From the NCBI RefSeq assembly GCF_009914755.1, contig NC_060944.1: DNA of 64,000 bases. One strand, 5' to 3'. A model generated the notes under the pieces. That model was not told the origin of the DNA and ran no database searches. It was given only the letters and a program-made list of their open reading frames with translations. Below, in pieces: positions 29,346 to 42,000 of this stretch. Source of the DNA: the human T2T-CHM13v2.0 reference genome, Homo sapiens. How positions within the stretch are numbered: position 1 is the stretch's first letter; every line of letters starts with the position of its first letter. The position numbers were made by a program, and so were the translations under genes.

Positions 29346-30834
29346 AAGAAAGTAAACCAGAAGAAGATGAACAGGAGGAGGAGAGATGAAGGAGAAGGCG
29401 AAGGATGGGGAAACCCAGGGTGGGACAGATATAGAAAGCAGATGAATGAGACAGGGTGCTGACCACCCCCCATGCCAAGGGAAGCCCCCATCTTGGCTCC
29501 CCCATCAGGGGAAGCCCCCATCAATATTGCCATCAATATTGATGGCAGCATCAATATTGTGACCCAGCCTCAGGGCTCACTGGGACCCAGGCTCTGGTTG
29601 ATTAGCAATGTCTGCAAAGGCTGAGGGTGAAGGTGAACTTGGCCATGCAGAAGCTGCCCCTTCTGTTATATGGCTGCTGTCAAGAGCATGGATCCTGCAG
29701 GTCCAGGAGGCCCTGGAATGAAAGAGAGCATTTGTGAGGATAAGGAACGAAAGAAATCAGGTTTTTTAAATGTTAAAGCTGTTAGGAAAAACTGTGGAAG
29801 ACTTACTGGGAATGATTTCAATGGAGAACTAGGGTTCCAGTCCCGCATCTGGGTTATCTGATTCGGTGGGGTTTCTGTGCCTTTGACTGTCTCTGAGCTA
29901 TTTCGCAGCTCTGTACATGGTAGAAATGGATGGAGTGCAAATTATCCTGGGTTCATAGAAAGGTGGATGAGTCTTGGCTGGTGGAGGTACACTGGGCCCC
30001 TCTCCGGAAGCTCATTTTGCACTTTCACTGAGCGAATTCATGTCAGCATTCCTGACTGGCTGCCCTTTGGATTCTCCTTTGAACTGGTTTTTAATACCTT
30101 ATTGGATTCCTCATTAGTTAGTGAGTACAAAAAAAACAGATCTTTGACACATGTTCATTTTATAGATGTTTGAAAATCATCATTTTACCTTTTAAAAAGT
30201 TTCACATTAGCAGAATCATAAAGGATGGAGAATAGAATAGACCGGAAGATTCACACGCATGCTGAGATCCACCAAGGTCTTCAGAACCTGGGAGGACTTC
30301 ACCCCACTCAGATGGCGACCCCAAGAGTGACATGGGGGAGGCAGAGTTTCAGCCTCTGTCTTCACAAGTAATTTGATGAAAAATGACAGGCTCACACTAT
30401 GACCCGTCTGCAGACCTGAGAGGGAGCTGATCGGCCCATTGAGGAGATGGTTGGAGTCAGGGCGCGCTTGAGTTCCCCGGTCTCAGGAAGCTGGAGAGCT
30501 GGGCTGGGCCCAGCAGAGACTGCCATGGGCTGGGGCCAGAGGGGCCTATGGCACCAAGAGACAATGCGGACGGCTCCTTCCCTCTGTCCCCTGCCCAGGC
30601 CCACAGCTCTGGACTTCGACCACCACTCAGATGAAGAGGATGAGTCCAAGGAACACCCCGGGCATGGGGGGAAAGCAGCGTCCGCCCCCAGGCCAAGGGC
30701 AGAGCCAGCCTCCCCTGCCTGCCCTGATGCAGCATGTGGAATCATAGCCTCTTACCACAGCCACGGAGAGAAAAGGGTGGACAGGGAGGGGGACGCAGCG
30801 AGACACAGAGAATATAGAGCATGATCAGACATGC

Positions 30835-32085
30835 CAGAGAGACAGAGACAGACAGAGACAGAGAGACAGAGACAGACAGAGAGAGACAGATAGAGGGAGA
30901 CAGACAGACAGAGACAGACAGAGAGACAGAGACAGAGAGACGGAAACAGACAGAGGGAGACAGAGACAGAGATAGATGGAGAGACAGAGACAGACAGAGA
31001 GACAGAGACAGAGAGACAGAGACGGAGACAGAGAGACAGAGACAGAGAGACAGAGACAGACAGAGGGAGACAGAAAGACAGAGACAGAGACAGACAGAGA
31101 CAGAGGGAGACAGAGACAGATGGAGAGACAGAGACAGACAGAGGGAGACAGACGGAGGGACAGAGACAGACAGAGGGAGACAGAGACAGAGACACAGAGA
31201 CAGAGGGACAGAGACAGACAGGGAGACAGAGACAGAGAGACAGAGGGACAGACAGACAGAGACAGATGGAGAGACAGACAGACAGAGGGAGACAGACAGA
31301 GACAGAGACAAACAAAGGGACAGACAGAAACAGAGAGACAGAGACAGACAGAGGGAGACAGAGACAGAGATAGAGACAGACGGAGAGACAGAGACAGAGA
31401 CAGATGGAGAGACAAGGACAGACAGATACAGGCTGAGACAGAGACAGAGAGAGACAAACAGGCTGAGACAGAGAGACAGAGTCAGACAGAGACAGAGACA
31501 TACAGGCTGAGACAGAGACAAACAGAAACAAAAACAGACAAGGAACAAAGTCTGCAAAGATGCAGACAGAGACATGCAGAGGGACAAAGATACAGAGACT
31601 GAGACATTCAGAGGGACCGAGACATAGGGACAGAGAGATATAGAACAAAGTCCAGAGGGACAGAGACACAGGGACAGAAAGATATGGAACAAAATTTGAA
31701 GAGACAGAGACATACAGAAAGAGCTGGAGACACAGAGACAGAGACATACGGAACAATGTCCAAAGAGAGACAGAGGGACAGCCAGAGACATTCAGAAGGA
31801 CAGAGACACAGAGACAGAGAGATATGGAGCAAAATCCAGAGAGACAGAGACATAGGGAGAAACACAGACAGTGAGATATGGAACAAAGTCCGGAGAGAGA
31901 CACATAGACACAGAGACAGAGATGTATGGAATAAAGTCTAGAGAGATGCAGAGATCTGCAGAGAGAAAGGGGGAGGGAAATATGGAGCAAAGTCCAGAGA
32001 CACACACACACAGATACTTAGAGAGAGACAAAGCAAGAGGCAGAGACTTCGAGACAGAGAGATGGACAAGGAGAGGCAACAAATG
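30835..32085. repeat. ~1.25-kb (GAGACA/GACA)n purine-rich simple repeat
   Basis: Continuous GAGACA/GACAGA units that degenerate toward the right. Confidence 0.95.
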
Positions 32086-33112
32086 AGACAAACCTGCTCG
32101 CCCAGCAGGGGCCACCTGTCACATGATTGTCCAGGTCCCATGCCATGGGGCCAGGCCAGCCTGGTGCCTGATGGAGCCTCCCACCCTCCTCAGTGGGCAT
32201 CATCCCCCGTAGGGCCTGTGTGAGGTTGGTGCCAGGCTGTGGTCCTGTGTCCAGCTCAGCACTGGGCACATGTGCAGGCTGGAGAGGGGCTCTGAACGAC
32301 TAAGACCTTCCCTTGGCGATTTGCTGTTAGCCATTCACTTACACCCAGGGAGGCTTGATCACCCAAACCAGGAAACTTTAGAGAGGGAAAGGAGTGTGGT
32401 TAACAGTCATCCCTGGACAGCAAAGCATGCAAAGGGGCTGTCCCAGCGAATGGGAATGTGCAGTCCCAGGGCTGACGACTGTCCCTGTTCCAAAGTGGGT
32501 CCCATCACAGGAGTCCAAGCATAGGCAGGCCCTGGCTTGTGGGCTGCCATCGGTCACGCTGGCCATGTTGACCACCCCTGAGGGACACAGCTGCTTGGGA
32601 GGGGAAGTGATAATTTTTAACCTGGGTTGTTTAAATATGAATACAAAGAGGGCTGAGCGCAACACTCTCATGACCTTAAAAGATGAAACAAGAACTTTAA
32701 GAAATTCCATCTTTGTTTCCCACTGCTTCAAGCTGCGCTGTGGTCCATCTGAGGGCAGTCTCTTCCATCTTCCTCCTGAGTCTAGGAGCCCCTGGCAGAG
32801 ACATCTCGAACTCTTGTAACTTTTCTGGCAACCACAGGCGGACACCTGATCAACGCCATGGGTCAGATATTCCATTTAAAGAGCAACATAAATTGTAGAA
32901 GAGAACAGTGATTCCCTGTTGTATTGCTGTCAGTGTCAGAGGTGAGCGTGATGAGGTCTTTGCCACCGTCGGGGACTCTGTCCCCTCCTCCCTGCTGCAC
33001 CCCGGCACCGACCGTCCTAGGCCCTCAACACGCATTCGTCAGATCCACTTGACTCAGCCTTTGACTCCTGGCTACCATGGAACTGACACAAGACTGATGT
33101 CGTGTTTTAGGT

Positions 33113-33305
33113 CAGGGGTCAGAACTGTGACCTGTGGGCCAAGTCCAGTCACCAGTCTTATAAAGTTTTATTGGAACACAGCCACGCCCATTTGTTTACA
33201 TATTATCTGGGGCTGCTTTGGCACTGTAGGGGCAGCGGCCTCGTGGCCTGCAAAGCCTGAAATATTTGCTATGTGGCCTTTACAGGACAAGTTTGCCACC
33301 CACCC
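33113..33305. mobile_element. MER58A (hAT-Charlie)
   Basis: CAGGGGTC..ATAAAGTTTTATTGGAACACAGCCACGCCCATTTGTTTAC..GGCCTGCAAAGCCTGAAATATTT..TTTGCC. Confidence 0.85.
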
Positions 33306-34089
33306 ATGAACCAGATGCTAATGAATGGCGTCCTCCCCCTGCCTGGACGAGGAGCTGGTGCGACTCTGACCACTGCCAGCCCTGCCCTGGCCAGACTCAC
33401 CGATCCATCGCCCCTTCTCCATGTTCCCCAGGGCAGTGTGGCTCCTTGGTGGGAACCTGCCTAGGGGGAGGGACCCATTTGCTATCAGGACTCATTCCTC
33501 AGCTGTGATCTTCTATGACAGGTCTCAGGCTGGTGTCAGCGATGGGGACCCACTGCAGAAACACCCTGGGCTGGGCTCAGGGACGGCGTGCAGCAGGTAC
33601 TCTGTAATCCATGTGTGTTTCTGGCCCTGGGGACTTGGGTCCCGGGCACCCTCTCCTGGCTGTGCAGCAGGGGTCCTGGCCCAGAAGGAGGCCCAGCAGC
33701 TCTGAGGATCCAAGCCCCAGATTTCTTGCCAAGCCCCTCAGGCAGGTCTCCCCTGTCTGCAGGGCCTCTGAGCCCTAACTGCTCTCACTCTGCGCGGGCC
33801 GGGGGTCCCAGCCCTCATCACTGGCTCAGCTCTCCAGGTTCTCTACTTCTCTGCCATCCCTTCCCCACAGCTTCCCTTCCCAATGTCATCTCTGTGCCCT
33901 GCTTCTTTGGATTAATGCCTCACCGGGGCCACTTGGCTGTCAACATTCATTTGACAAACAGAGTTGAGCGCCTGCTGTGTGCCAGGTGCCCTGCTGGGCT
34001 CGGGGGCTCAGTGGGAATAAGATGCAGCCACTGTCTTCCTCGAGATCTGAGCTCACTGCAGGGGCAGGTGAGCCAGTGGCTGCAGTGCA

Positions 34090-34330
34090 GCGTGTGTGTG
34101 AGAGAGTGTGTATGAGTGTGAGAGTGAGTGTGTGAGTGTGCGTGTGCATGTGAGTGTGTGACTGTGTGAGAGTGAGTGTGTGAGTGTGCGTGTGCATGTG
34201 TGTGACTGTGAGAGTGAGTGTGTGTGTGTGAGACTGCATGTGTGAGTGTGTGAGCATGTGTGTGTGTAGAGTGTGCATGTGAGTGTGTGTGACTGTACAT
34301 TGCGTGTGAGTGTGAGTGTGTGTGTGTGTA
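34090..34330. repeat. (TG)n/(GTGTGA)n simple repeat
   Basis: Visible TG-rich tract. Confidence 0.92.
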
Positions 34331-35677
34331 GAGTGGGGGTGGGGCTGAAAGCTCCAGAACGAGAGGACCCAGGGGAGGGGAGGAGGGATAGGGCATCTGT
34401 GGCGAAGGCACAGCACACCTGAGGCTGGGCAGGTGGGCGGGGCCTGCCATGGCTCCTCACTGAGGTTTTGGAGCCTCTCTGCCTCATACCTGTTGTCTCG
34501 GCCTCTGCTGTGACTTTGAGCTCTATGGGGGCTCAGCCCTCACCTGAAGTGCCTTGCCACTCCTTGCTGCCCAGGCATCCCGGAGGAACTGCTGTGGACC
34601 CTGCTCTGTGCCCAGGTGGAGGAGGGTCAGGGGAGTCAGGGCCCACTGGGGTAAATCTTCATCCAACAGGAGACGGGAGGATGCCGCCTCCCATCAAATC
34701 CTCCTCCTTTCCCGCCTCCAGATGGGCCATCCTCAGGGAGTCGCCATACACAGGGTGGCTCATGTCTCAGTTTGCCTGGGACAATCCCAGGTTATACCTG
34801 TCACCTTGGTGTCATTAACAGCGAGTGTCCCAGATGATGAGATGAAGGATGTGTTCACCCTGCACCCTCATGTGTGCCCCTGACATCCAGCAACTGGTTT
34901 GCCGTGAAGTGGTGGCTGCCTCTTCCCTCCCTTCCTCTGGCTCCTGGCCCACACTCCCTAGCCCCAGAGGGTCACCTGTGTCTGGGCCTCAGGCTCTGTT
35001 TCTCGGGAACTGAGGCCGGAGCCTTTGAAGGTGTGAGGAACGGGAGTGTCGCAAGCACGTCTGGGTTCTAGGGACAGACCAGTTTCAACTCACGGAAGGA
35101 CACCCACAGGGAGCTGTGATGCAGAAATCAAGGGAGAATAATTGGCCCAGACTGCTGGGGAGGGGCTTTCTGAGGAGTGGACATATAGGGAGATTTGGGG
35201 AAAGAATTGGCAGGAGAGGGGGCCATGAGTCGTCCAGGCAGGGGGTGGCACAGGCAGAGTCTCCGGTAGAAACGGCTGAATTCCAAGATTTGGGGAAATC
35301 CCAGAAAGAATTCCTGCCCCTCTGTTTCTTCTCAGCCCAAATCCTGTAGAGACCCTTGTCAGTGGCAGATAAAGTGGGGAAGCAAATCCTAGGAAAGGCG
35401 TCCAGGTAAAACAACGGAAGAAAGGCCATAAGAAGCACTGCACTACCGGGACCATTTCATCCACCCGCACTTTGCCATGAAAGACTCCATCCATGGGGCG
35501 GGGAAGCACCCTCTGATCACTGCAGCTGCAGCGGGGAGAGCAAGAAGGACACACACTGAGGGAGAAACTGGAACAGAAACAGAGAGAGGAGAGAACAGAG
35601 AGAGTCAGAAACAGAAACCAAAGCTGATGGAAACAAAGGCAGCAGGAGAGAGGGAGTGGGGAGAGAAAGAGAGAGAG

Positions 35678-35910
35678 AATGGATGGACAGATGGATGAAT
35701 GGATGGATGGATGGATGGATGGATGCATGGAGGATAGATAGATCAGAGATGAATGGATGATGGATGGATGAGTAGATGGGTGGGTAAGTGGATGATGGGT
35801 AGAGGATGGATAGATCAAGGATGAATGGATGATGGTTGGATGGAAGATGGATGGAAGGATGCTGGATGGATGGATAATGGATGGGAAATAGATGATGGAC
35901 GGACGATGGG
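35678..35910. repeat. (GGAT)n simple repeat
   Basis: Visible GGAT/GAAT units. Confidence 0.92.
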
Positions 35911-36605
35911 CAGATTCCAGCGAGCACCCTTATCTTGCTGTATCAGTTGTAAGGGAACTGGTTCACAGCATTGGCTTCTGGGGCCCCATGACCTCCTGTT
36001 TCTTTCCCTACCCAACCCCTGCCTTCTTCTCACACAAGTTGTAAGGTGTAGAGCCTGTTCCCAAACCAAACACTGCAGCTTTCTTGACTCAGTGTTCTTC
36101 CTGTAAGATTTTTTTTCCCCCCAACTTCCAGAGTTGCTTGCTGGGGTGGGGAGGGTTGACAGATTACTTCTAAGCATCTGGCACACGGTAGACCCTCAAC
36201 CAGGTGGCTGTATTGATGACTTTTTTTTTAATTGAGATATAATTTATGTAGTCTAAATTCACCATTTTAAAGCATACAATTCAGTGGTTTTTAGTATATT
36301 CACAAGGCTGTGTAACTATCATATACTATCTGATTCCACAGCATTTTCACCACCCCATAAAGAAAACCATTAAGCAGTCACTCCCCATCCTCCCCTTCCC
36401 CAGCCCTTGGCAACCATTAAGCTACTTTATGTTTCTTTGGATTGGCGCTTTCTGCACATTTCATGTAAGTGGTGTCATTCACGATATAGACTTTTATGAT
36501 TTTTTTTTCACTTAGCACAATCTTTCCAAGGTTTATCTGTGTTGTAGTGTGGATCAGTACATCATTCCTTTTTATTGTCAAATAATATTCCATTGTATGG
36601 GTATA

Positions 36606-37164
36606 CATCCGGCCCTCCAAATTTGCTGATTCCACATCCGTGGAATTCAACCAACTGCAGATTGAAAATATTTTTGAAAGAAAGGGATGGAGTATCTGTA
36701 CTGAACACGTACAGACTCTTTTTTCTTGTCATTATTTTATAAACAATACAGCATAATGACTATTTACATTGTATCAGGTATTATAAGTAATCCAGAGATG
36801 ATTTAAAGCAAGCTTGTCCAAAGGGCAGCCCGTGGGCCACATGTGACCCAGGACAGCTTTGAATGCAGCCCAACACAAATTCATAAACTTCCCTAAAACA
36901 TTATGAGAGGTTTTTTTTTTCAATTTCTTTTTAGCTCATCAGATATCGTTAGTGTATTTTGTGTATGGCCCAAGACCATTCTTCTTCCAATGCGGTCCAG
37001 GGAAGCCAAAAGATTGGATATCCCTGATTTAATGGATACAAGAGGATGTATGTAGCTTATAAGCAAGTAGTACACTATTTCATATAAAGAAATTGAGCAT
37101 CTGTGGATTTTGGTATCCCTGGGTGTTATGTAATCAACCCCCCATGGGTACTGAGGGACTAGGG
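36606..37164. mobile_element. MER2/Tigger3a-type Tc1-mariner MITE (split by MER30)
   Basis: CGGCCCTCC..CATCCGTGGAATTCAACCAAC..TTATAAGTAATCCAGAGATGATTTAAAG | GAGGATGT..GAGCATCTGTGGATTTTGGTATCC; TA on both flanks. Confidence 0.82.
36809..37026. mobile_element. MER30 (hAT-Charlie)
   Basis: CAAGCTTGTCCAA..GCCCAACACAAATTCATAAAC..GGGAAGCCAAAAGATTGGATATCCCTG; 8-bp TSD ATTTAA(A/T)G. Confidence 0.87.
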
Positions 37165-37926
37165 TACTACCCCTGACTTTTTCATTAGCTGACAGATATT
37201 TGAGTTGCTTCCACTTTTTGACTATTATGGTGAATGCTGCTATGAACAGCCATGCACTTGCTTTTCTGGGGAAAAATATTTCCAGTTCTCTTGAGTACAT
37301 ACCTGGAAGTGGAATTGCTCGGTCATATGGCAACTTGATGTTTAGCTTTTCGAGGAATTGCTAGACTGTTTCCCAAGGCAGCTGCACCATTTTACATGCT
37401 GACGATTTGTTTTTAACAATTTATGGATAGTCCCACAATGTGTCAAAGACGGTTCAAAGCAGCTTAGACCCACACCTGAATTCAGCAGGTGACTGTCAGA
37501 GAAATGAGAAGCATCGGGGCAAGGACGGGGAATTGGGACAGGACCAGGGAGTGGGGAGAGCAGAGTCCTGCCCGGCACAGGCCATAGCTCTTCACAGGAG
37601 GCTCTGGGCCATGCTGCAGGGTGGGTACCCTGGGGTGCTCGGAAGTGGCCCTTGAAGCCCCTGGGTACACACCGTGCATCTTCCAGAGCATTGATTTTTA
37701 CTTAACTGTTTGGTGAGAAAGTGATGTGTATGAAAAGAATATAGACACATGTTGACTAGAATGAAAAACTGGATGAATTTTAGAAAGCTCAAAGGGATCC
37801 AGCACCTGCATGCCTCCGCTGCAGGCTCCTTTGACCACAGCCCCCACATCAGAGAACCCCTAGCAGGGGCACCTCCCACCCACCAGAATTGGGGAGAGTT
37901 GGGCAGGCTCGCCTGCACCCGTCCTA

Positions 37927-37945
37927 GTGGCCACTAGAGGGCGTC
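37927..37945 (+). promoter_or_regulatory. Strong CTCF motif
   Basis: GTGGCCACTAGAGGGCGTC is a close match to the CTCF core and has an upstream CTGCAC element. Confidence 0.65.
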
Positions 37946-38809
37946 TGGATCCTCCCTGGGTTGCAGATTCCAGGAAATAAATACCCAAGGTTTCTGCCCG
38001 CTTCTCCCCAGTGCTGCCGGCAGAGCTGATCCAGAAACCCACCCCGGGCTTCCCAGGGGGAAGTGGACCGCTCAGACTCCTAACTTCAGTCAGCACGCTG
38101 ACGAAGGAGAGAGCGGTTGAGAATCCTACAGCTGGAGGCAGAGCTCCGCCGAGGGTCTGGCCTTGCAAGGCGTCTCCCACAGCCCGGGGGACCTTGGACC
38201 TGTGTCCCCTCCTACAAGATGCTGAGAAGCCCAGGGTTAGGGGTCCCTGAGGCAGGGTGGAAACGCTGCCAGGACAAGCCCAGCCCACAGTCCACAGCGC
38301 CTGCCCCAGAAAAAACAGCCGTCGCTCCTGGATATCTGCCACGTGACTCAAAGAGGATTTAAGGCAGTTTAGAGCGATTCACAAAATTCAGCAGCAGCTG
38401 CGACCTCGGGGACCCAGAGAGACGGGGATGACGCAAGGAGAAAGGAACAAGAGCAGGGATGCGGGATGGAGCCTGGGATGAGGGGATGCAGGCCGCTCAC
38501 GGAGAATTCTTCTGGGGTCAGGCCCAGGTCTGGGTGTCTTGCGTCCTGGGGCCCCCGGGGTGCAGCCCAGGGGCTGCTTAGAGGGGCTGAGTGTCTTCTC
38601 CTCTAGGGTCAGTGCCCCTGGAAGATTTGGAGGGAAAATTTGTGTGTGTGGAGAGAAGGCAAACGTGTCATGGATTTTTATTATAAAAGAAAAGACTGTA
38701 CTGCACTGTACTGGAATGATAATGATGAAGAAGATGGGATCATTCCAGTCACTCTGAGTAACTTACAGTGGCTTTTTTTAAAAGGAGGATTTCTTTCCTT
38801 TATTTTAGT

Positions 38810-39098
38810 TTATTTTTTAATTATGTGTTTATGATTTTTAGTGATGGGGTTTTGCTCTGCTGCCCAGGCTGAAGTGCAGTGGCATGTCATGGCTCACTGC
38901 AGCCTCAAACTCCTGGGCTCGAGCAATCCTCCTGAGTAGCTGGGACCACAGCCTTGCGCCACCAAACCCAACTACTTTTTAAATTTTTTGTAGAGATGAG
39001 GTCTCGCTATGTTGCCCAGACTGGTCTTGAACTCCTGGCTTCAAGCGAGTTGAAGCTTGAAGCCTCCTGAGCAGCTGGGGTTATAGGCATAAGCCACC
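38810..39098 (-). mobile_element. AluJ, degenerate
   Basis: GCTCACTGCAGCCTCAAACTCCTGGGCTC and GGTCTCGCTATGTTGCCCAG. Confidence 0.85.
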
Positions 39099-42000
39099 CT
39101 TTCCTTTTTTTAAAAAAAAAAATAATTATTTGAGGTGATATTTGTGTAATACCAAATTAGCCCTTTTAAAGTGAACAATTCAGTGGCATTTAGGACATTC
39201 ACAATGCTGTGCGCCCACTACTTCTACCTGTTCCAAACCATTTTCATCATTTTATGGTAAAACCTCATCTTTGTGGTGCCTTTTAGATCTTTCTTTATTA
39301 ATTATTTATTGAGCATCTACCATGAACCGAAGTCTGTGTGGTACTGGGGATTTTGAATGGTGATTACACACAGTCTCTGCCCTCAGTGATAGCCAGCCTT
39401 TACCCCAACATGTTCTTTAAGTGTTCTAGCTCTTAGAAGCAGAGTCCTCATTTCCTCCCAGACAGCAGAAAGATTGGTAACTATGTAGCACCCATGCCCC
39501 ACTCTGCTGGCCCTTGCCCTTATCAGACATTGCCAATCAATTGCAGCACTCTTACTGATCCTTGAGGCAGCCTAGTGACCCTGTGGAGCTCAGGTACATT
39601 GCCAACCAACACTGAGAAAGCTTTGGGTCATTCCGAGCTGTGATGTTGTACACACAGAGGTCTGTATCATATATACATACACTGGGTTCCATGAACTCAA
39701 GTCTCACTTGTCCACAAGTTGCAGGGCAACCGGGTTTTATAGGCTTACAGGAAATCACCCCTAGTCCTCACTCCATGCCTGCAGGGAAAACGTTGTGAAG
39801 GTATCCTAGCTGGTTCCTGCGGGTCATAAGGATGCTGAAGAAACTCCCAGCATAGACAGAGACAGTGAACCTGGCAAGTCACTGCTGTTGGGTTGGTGTG
39901 TGTCCAGGGAGGTCACTCACAGCCATGACCTGCTACGGAATTTGCCAGGGGTCTAATGCAAATGAAAGTACAGTTCCCTTATTCAAAAATTATGAAGAGC
40001 TGCAAGGTGGTGGTGGTAGGGCGGGAAGCCAAGTCTGGGCCCTTTTGAGCCTGGGGCCCTGTGCCTGTCCAGGCAGCTCTCATCGCAGTCATTCTGGCCA
40101 TTTACCCCCACTCGGGCTCTGCATGAGGAGCTGGCCTGGCCTGGAAGCGCAGTGTCGTGGAGAGCCTGGTGTCTGCTCTGCCCCAAGCTCTCCCCCTTTC
40201 TAGGCAGCTGCACCAAAGCAGCTTTTGGAGAACCTCCTCTCCCCAGGCCTCAGCAGAGGAGGTTCAGGTGAGCTGATCCTACCCCACTTCCATCCTCCTC
40301 CGTGCCACCAGCCTGGCTAACCCGTAGTTCCCATCCCTTAGTGACGAGGACCAGTTCAGAGTTGGGGAGAGGTGCTGTGAGGAGGTCCAAGCAAACTCGG
40401 CTTGGTGCTTTCTCTGGAGCTCCAAGGAAGGAGGTGGCCCCTTGAAGCTTTGGTAGTGGAACTCTCGGATTCAGCCATGTCTGTCACCACCCCTCCTCCT
40501 GGTCTCTCCAGTGGCCAAGGGGTACCTTTTCTGCTCCAGCCAGAAGGACCTGGATTTCAGCCCATTGGAACTGAAAGAGTCCCTGGAGTGAGTGGGGCTC
40601 AAACGTGGGGCTAGGTGGCTTAGCCAAGTGGATGCCCCACTGCACGTGGCTGCAGGAAAGACCAATACCCCTTGTCCCTCATGGCCCTTGCTGTGTCCTA
40701 GACTTCAGCCCTACAGCCGAGGGGGATCCTCTCAGCAGGACTCCTGCTGGTCTGTGTTCCCATGGCCCAGACCAACCCATGGACATTCAGGACACCCTGG
40801 AGGGTCCTCACAAAGAAGGGATGTTACCCACAGGGCTGGCCCTGAGGGTCCTGCTGGGCCCAAGGGAGCAGCTGATGGGGTGGCCTTCAGCCCTTCTGGA
40901 TTCCTTGCAGGGGCTGGGCCTGGCCAGCCTGTCCTCTGCCCTAGAAGCACCCAGGGGTGATGTGGCTCTGGTGAAGCGCACAGGTCCTGGAGTCCAGTTA
41001 CGAGGCCTGGAGCTTGGCTTGTCCTAATATTAGCAGCAGGGCCTCGGGGAGCCTCTGAGAGCTTCAGTTTTCTTAGGGATAATGAATAATGCTGTCTTTA
41101 GATTTTTGTGAAGATGAACTGGGATAAAGCAGATGGAGTGTTTAGCACAGGTCCTGGCGCATCGGAAGTGTTTAGTGAGGATGAATGATTAGGCTTCATC
41201 TTCCCCTCTGCATCCTCTTCTGAAGAAACCTGCTCAGAGTTCAAAAGGCCCAACCCAGGCCACACCTAAGGAGGCCAACAGTGTCTGCTGGCCTCAGACG
41301 GGGTTAGTCAGCGTCCTTGGTAGTGTGTACTTGAGAGGGCTGCCATGTGAAGCCCCATTCTGTAGGTCACCAATAGATCCATGTGCAAACAGATCAGGGG
41401 CCACGAAGGCTCTGGCCCGTGGACAGGCGGCAGGGCCGGCAGAAAGAGAGACCTTTCCTAGCACACCTCGAATTTGTCTTCATGCTAACATTTCTGTCTC
41501 CTAACTCTTTCCTCCAGTGACCTCTTCCCCACCAAGGCTAGGGAGAAAAGGAAATGGCAAGGAGGGTGGGACTGAAAATTCCAGTCCTCCATAGGGCTGC
41601 CTTCGGGCACAGCTGGAACCAGCTGCTCACACGGACAATGCCAGCAGCCCCTGATACCTCCCTGTCCAGGCTCCTCCCTCTTCTGTGTTCTTTTGATTCT
41701 GAGCCATGTAATGGCCCTGGACGTTCAGACCATCCTTCTCAGGACTAGTGGATAACATGGGCTTCTCTCTCCCAGTCCAGCAAAGTCCCAAATGTGTGCC
41801 TCTGTGAACCAACTTTTCTGGCCCAGCCTCTGAGGTCAGGTGGATGATCTATGCTGGTTGGTTGGACTAGGTCATGAGCCCTCCCCTGGAATTAGGGAGG
41901 GGCCCTGGGTCCACAGAGTGGGGAAGGAGGCTTCCAGCAGGAAATGGAAATGCTATTCCCAGCAGAGTGGGACAAAGCCTGCAAAACACATGGTCCCCGA

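Larger units (their letters stand above)
36222..37400 (-). mobile_element. L1MB-like 3' end containing nested DNA transposons
   Basis: TTAATTGAGATATAATT..TACAATTCAGTGGTTTTTAGTATATTCAC ... GTGGAATTGCTCGGTCATATGG. Confidence 0.82.

Noticed and set aside
31535-32005. Repeat-spacer pattern superficially like a CRISPR array
   Set aside because: The repeats are degenerate, the spacers are microsatellite, there are no cas genes, and the DNA is primate.
30742-32011. Long ORFs of 208-419 aa on both strands
   Set aside because: Translations of a GAGACA simple repeat that lacks stop codons by composition; no domain, splice or codon evidence.
33940-34487. His/Thr-rich ORFs (also 50351-50790 and 35090-35927)
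   Set aside because: Translations of (CA)n and (ATCC)n simple repeats.
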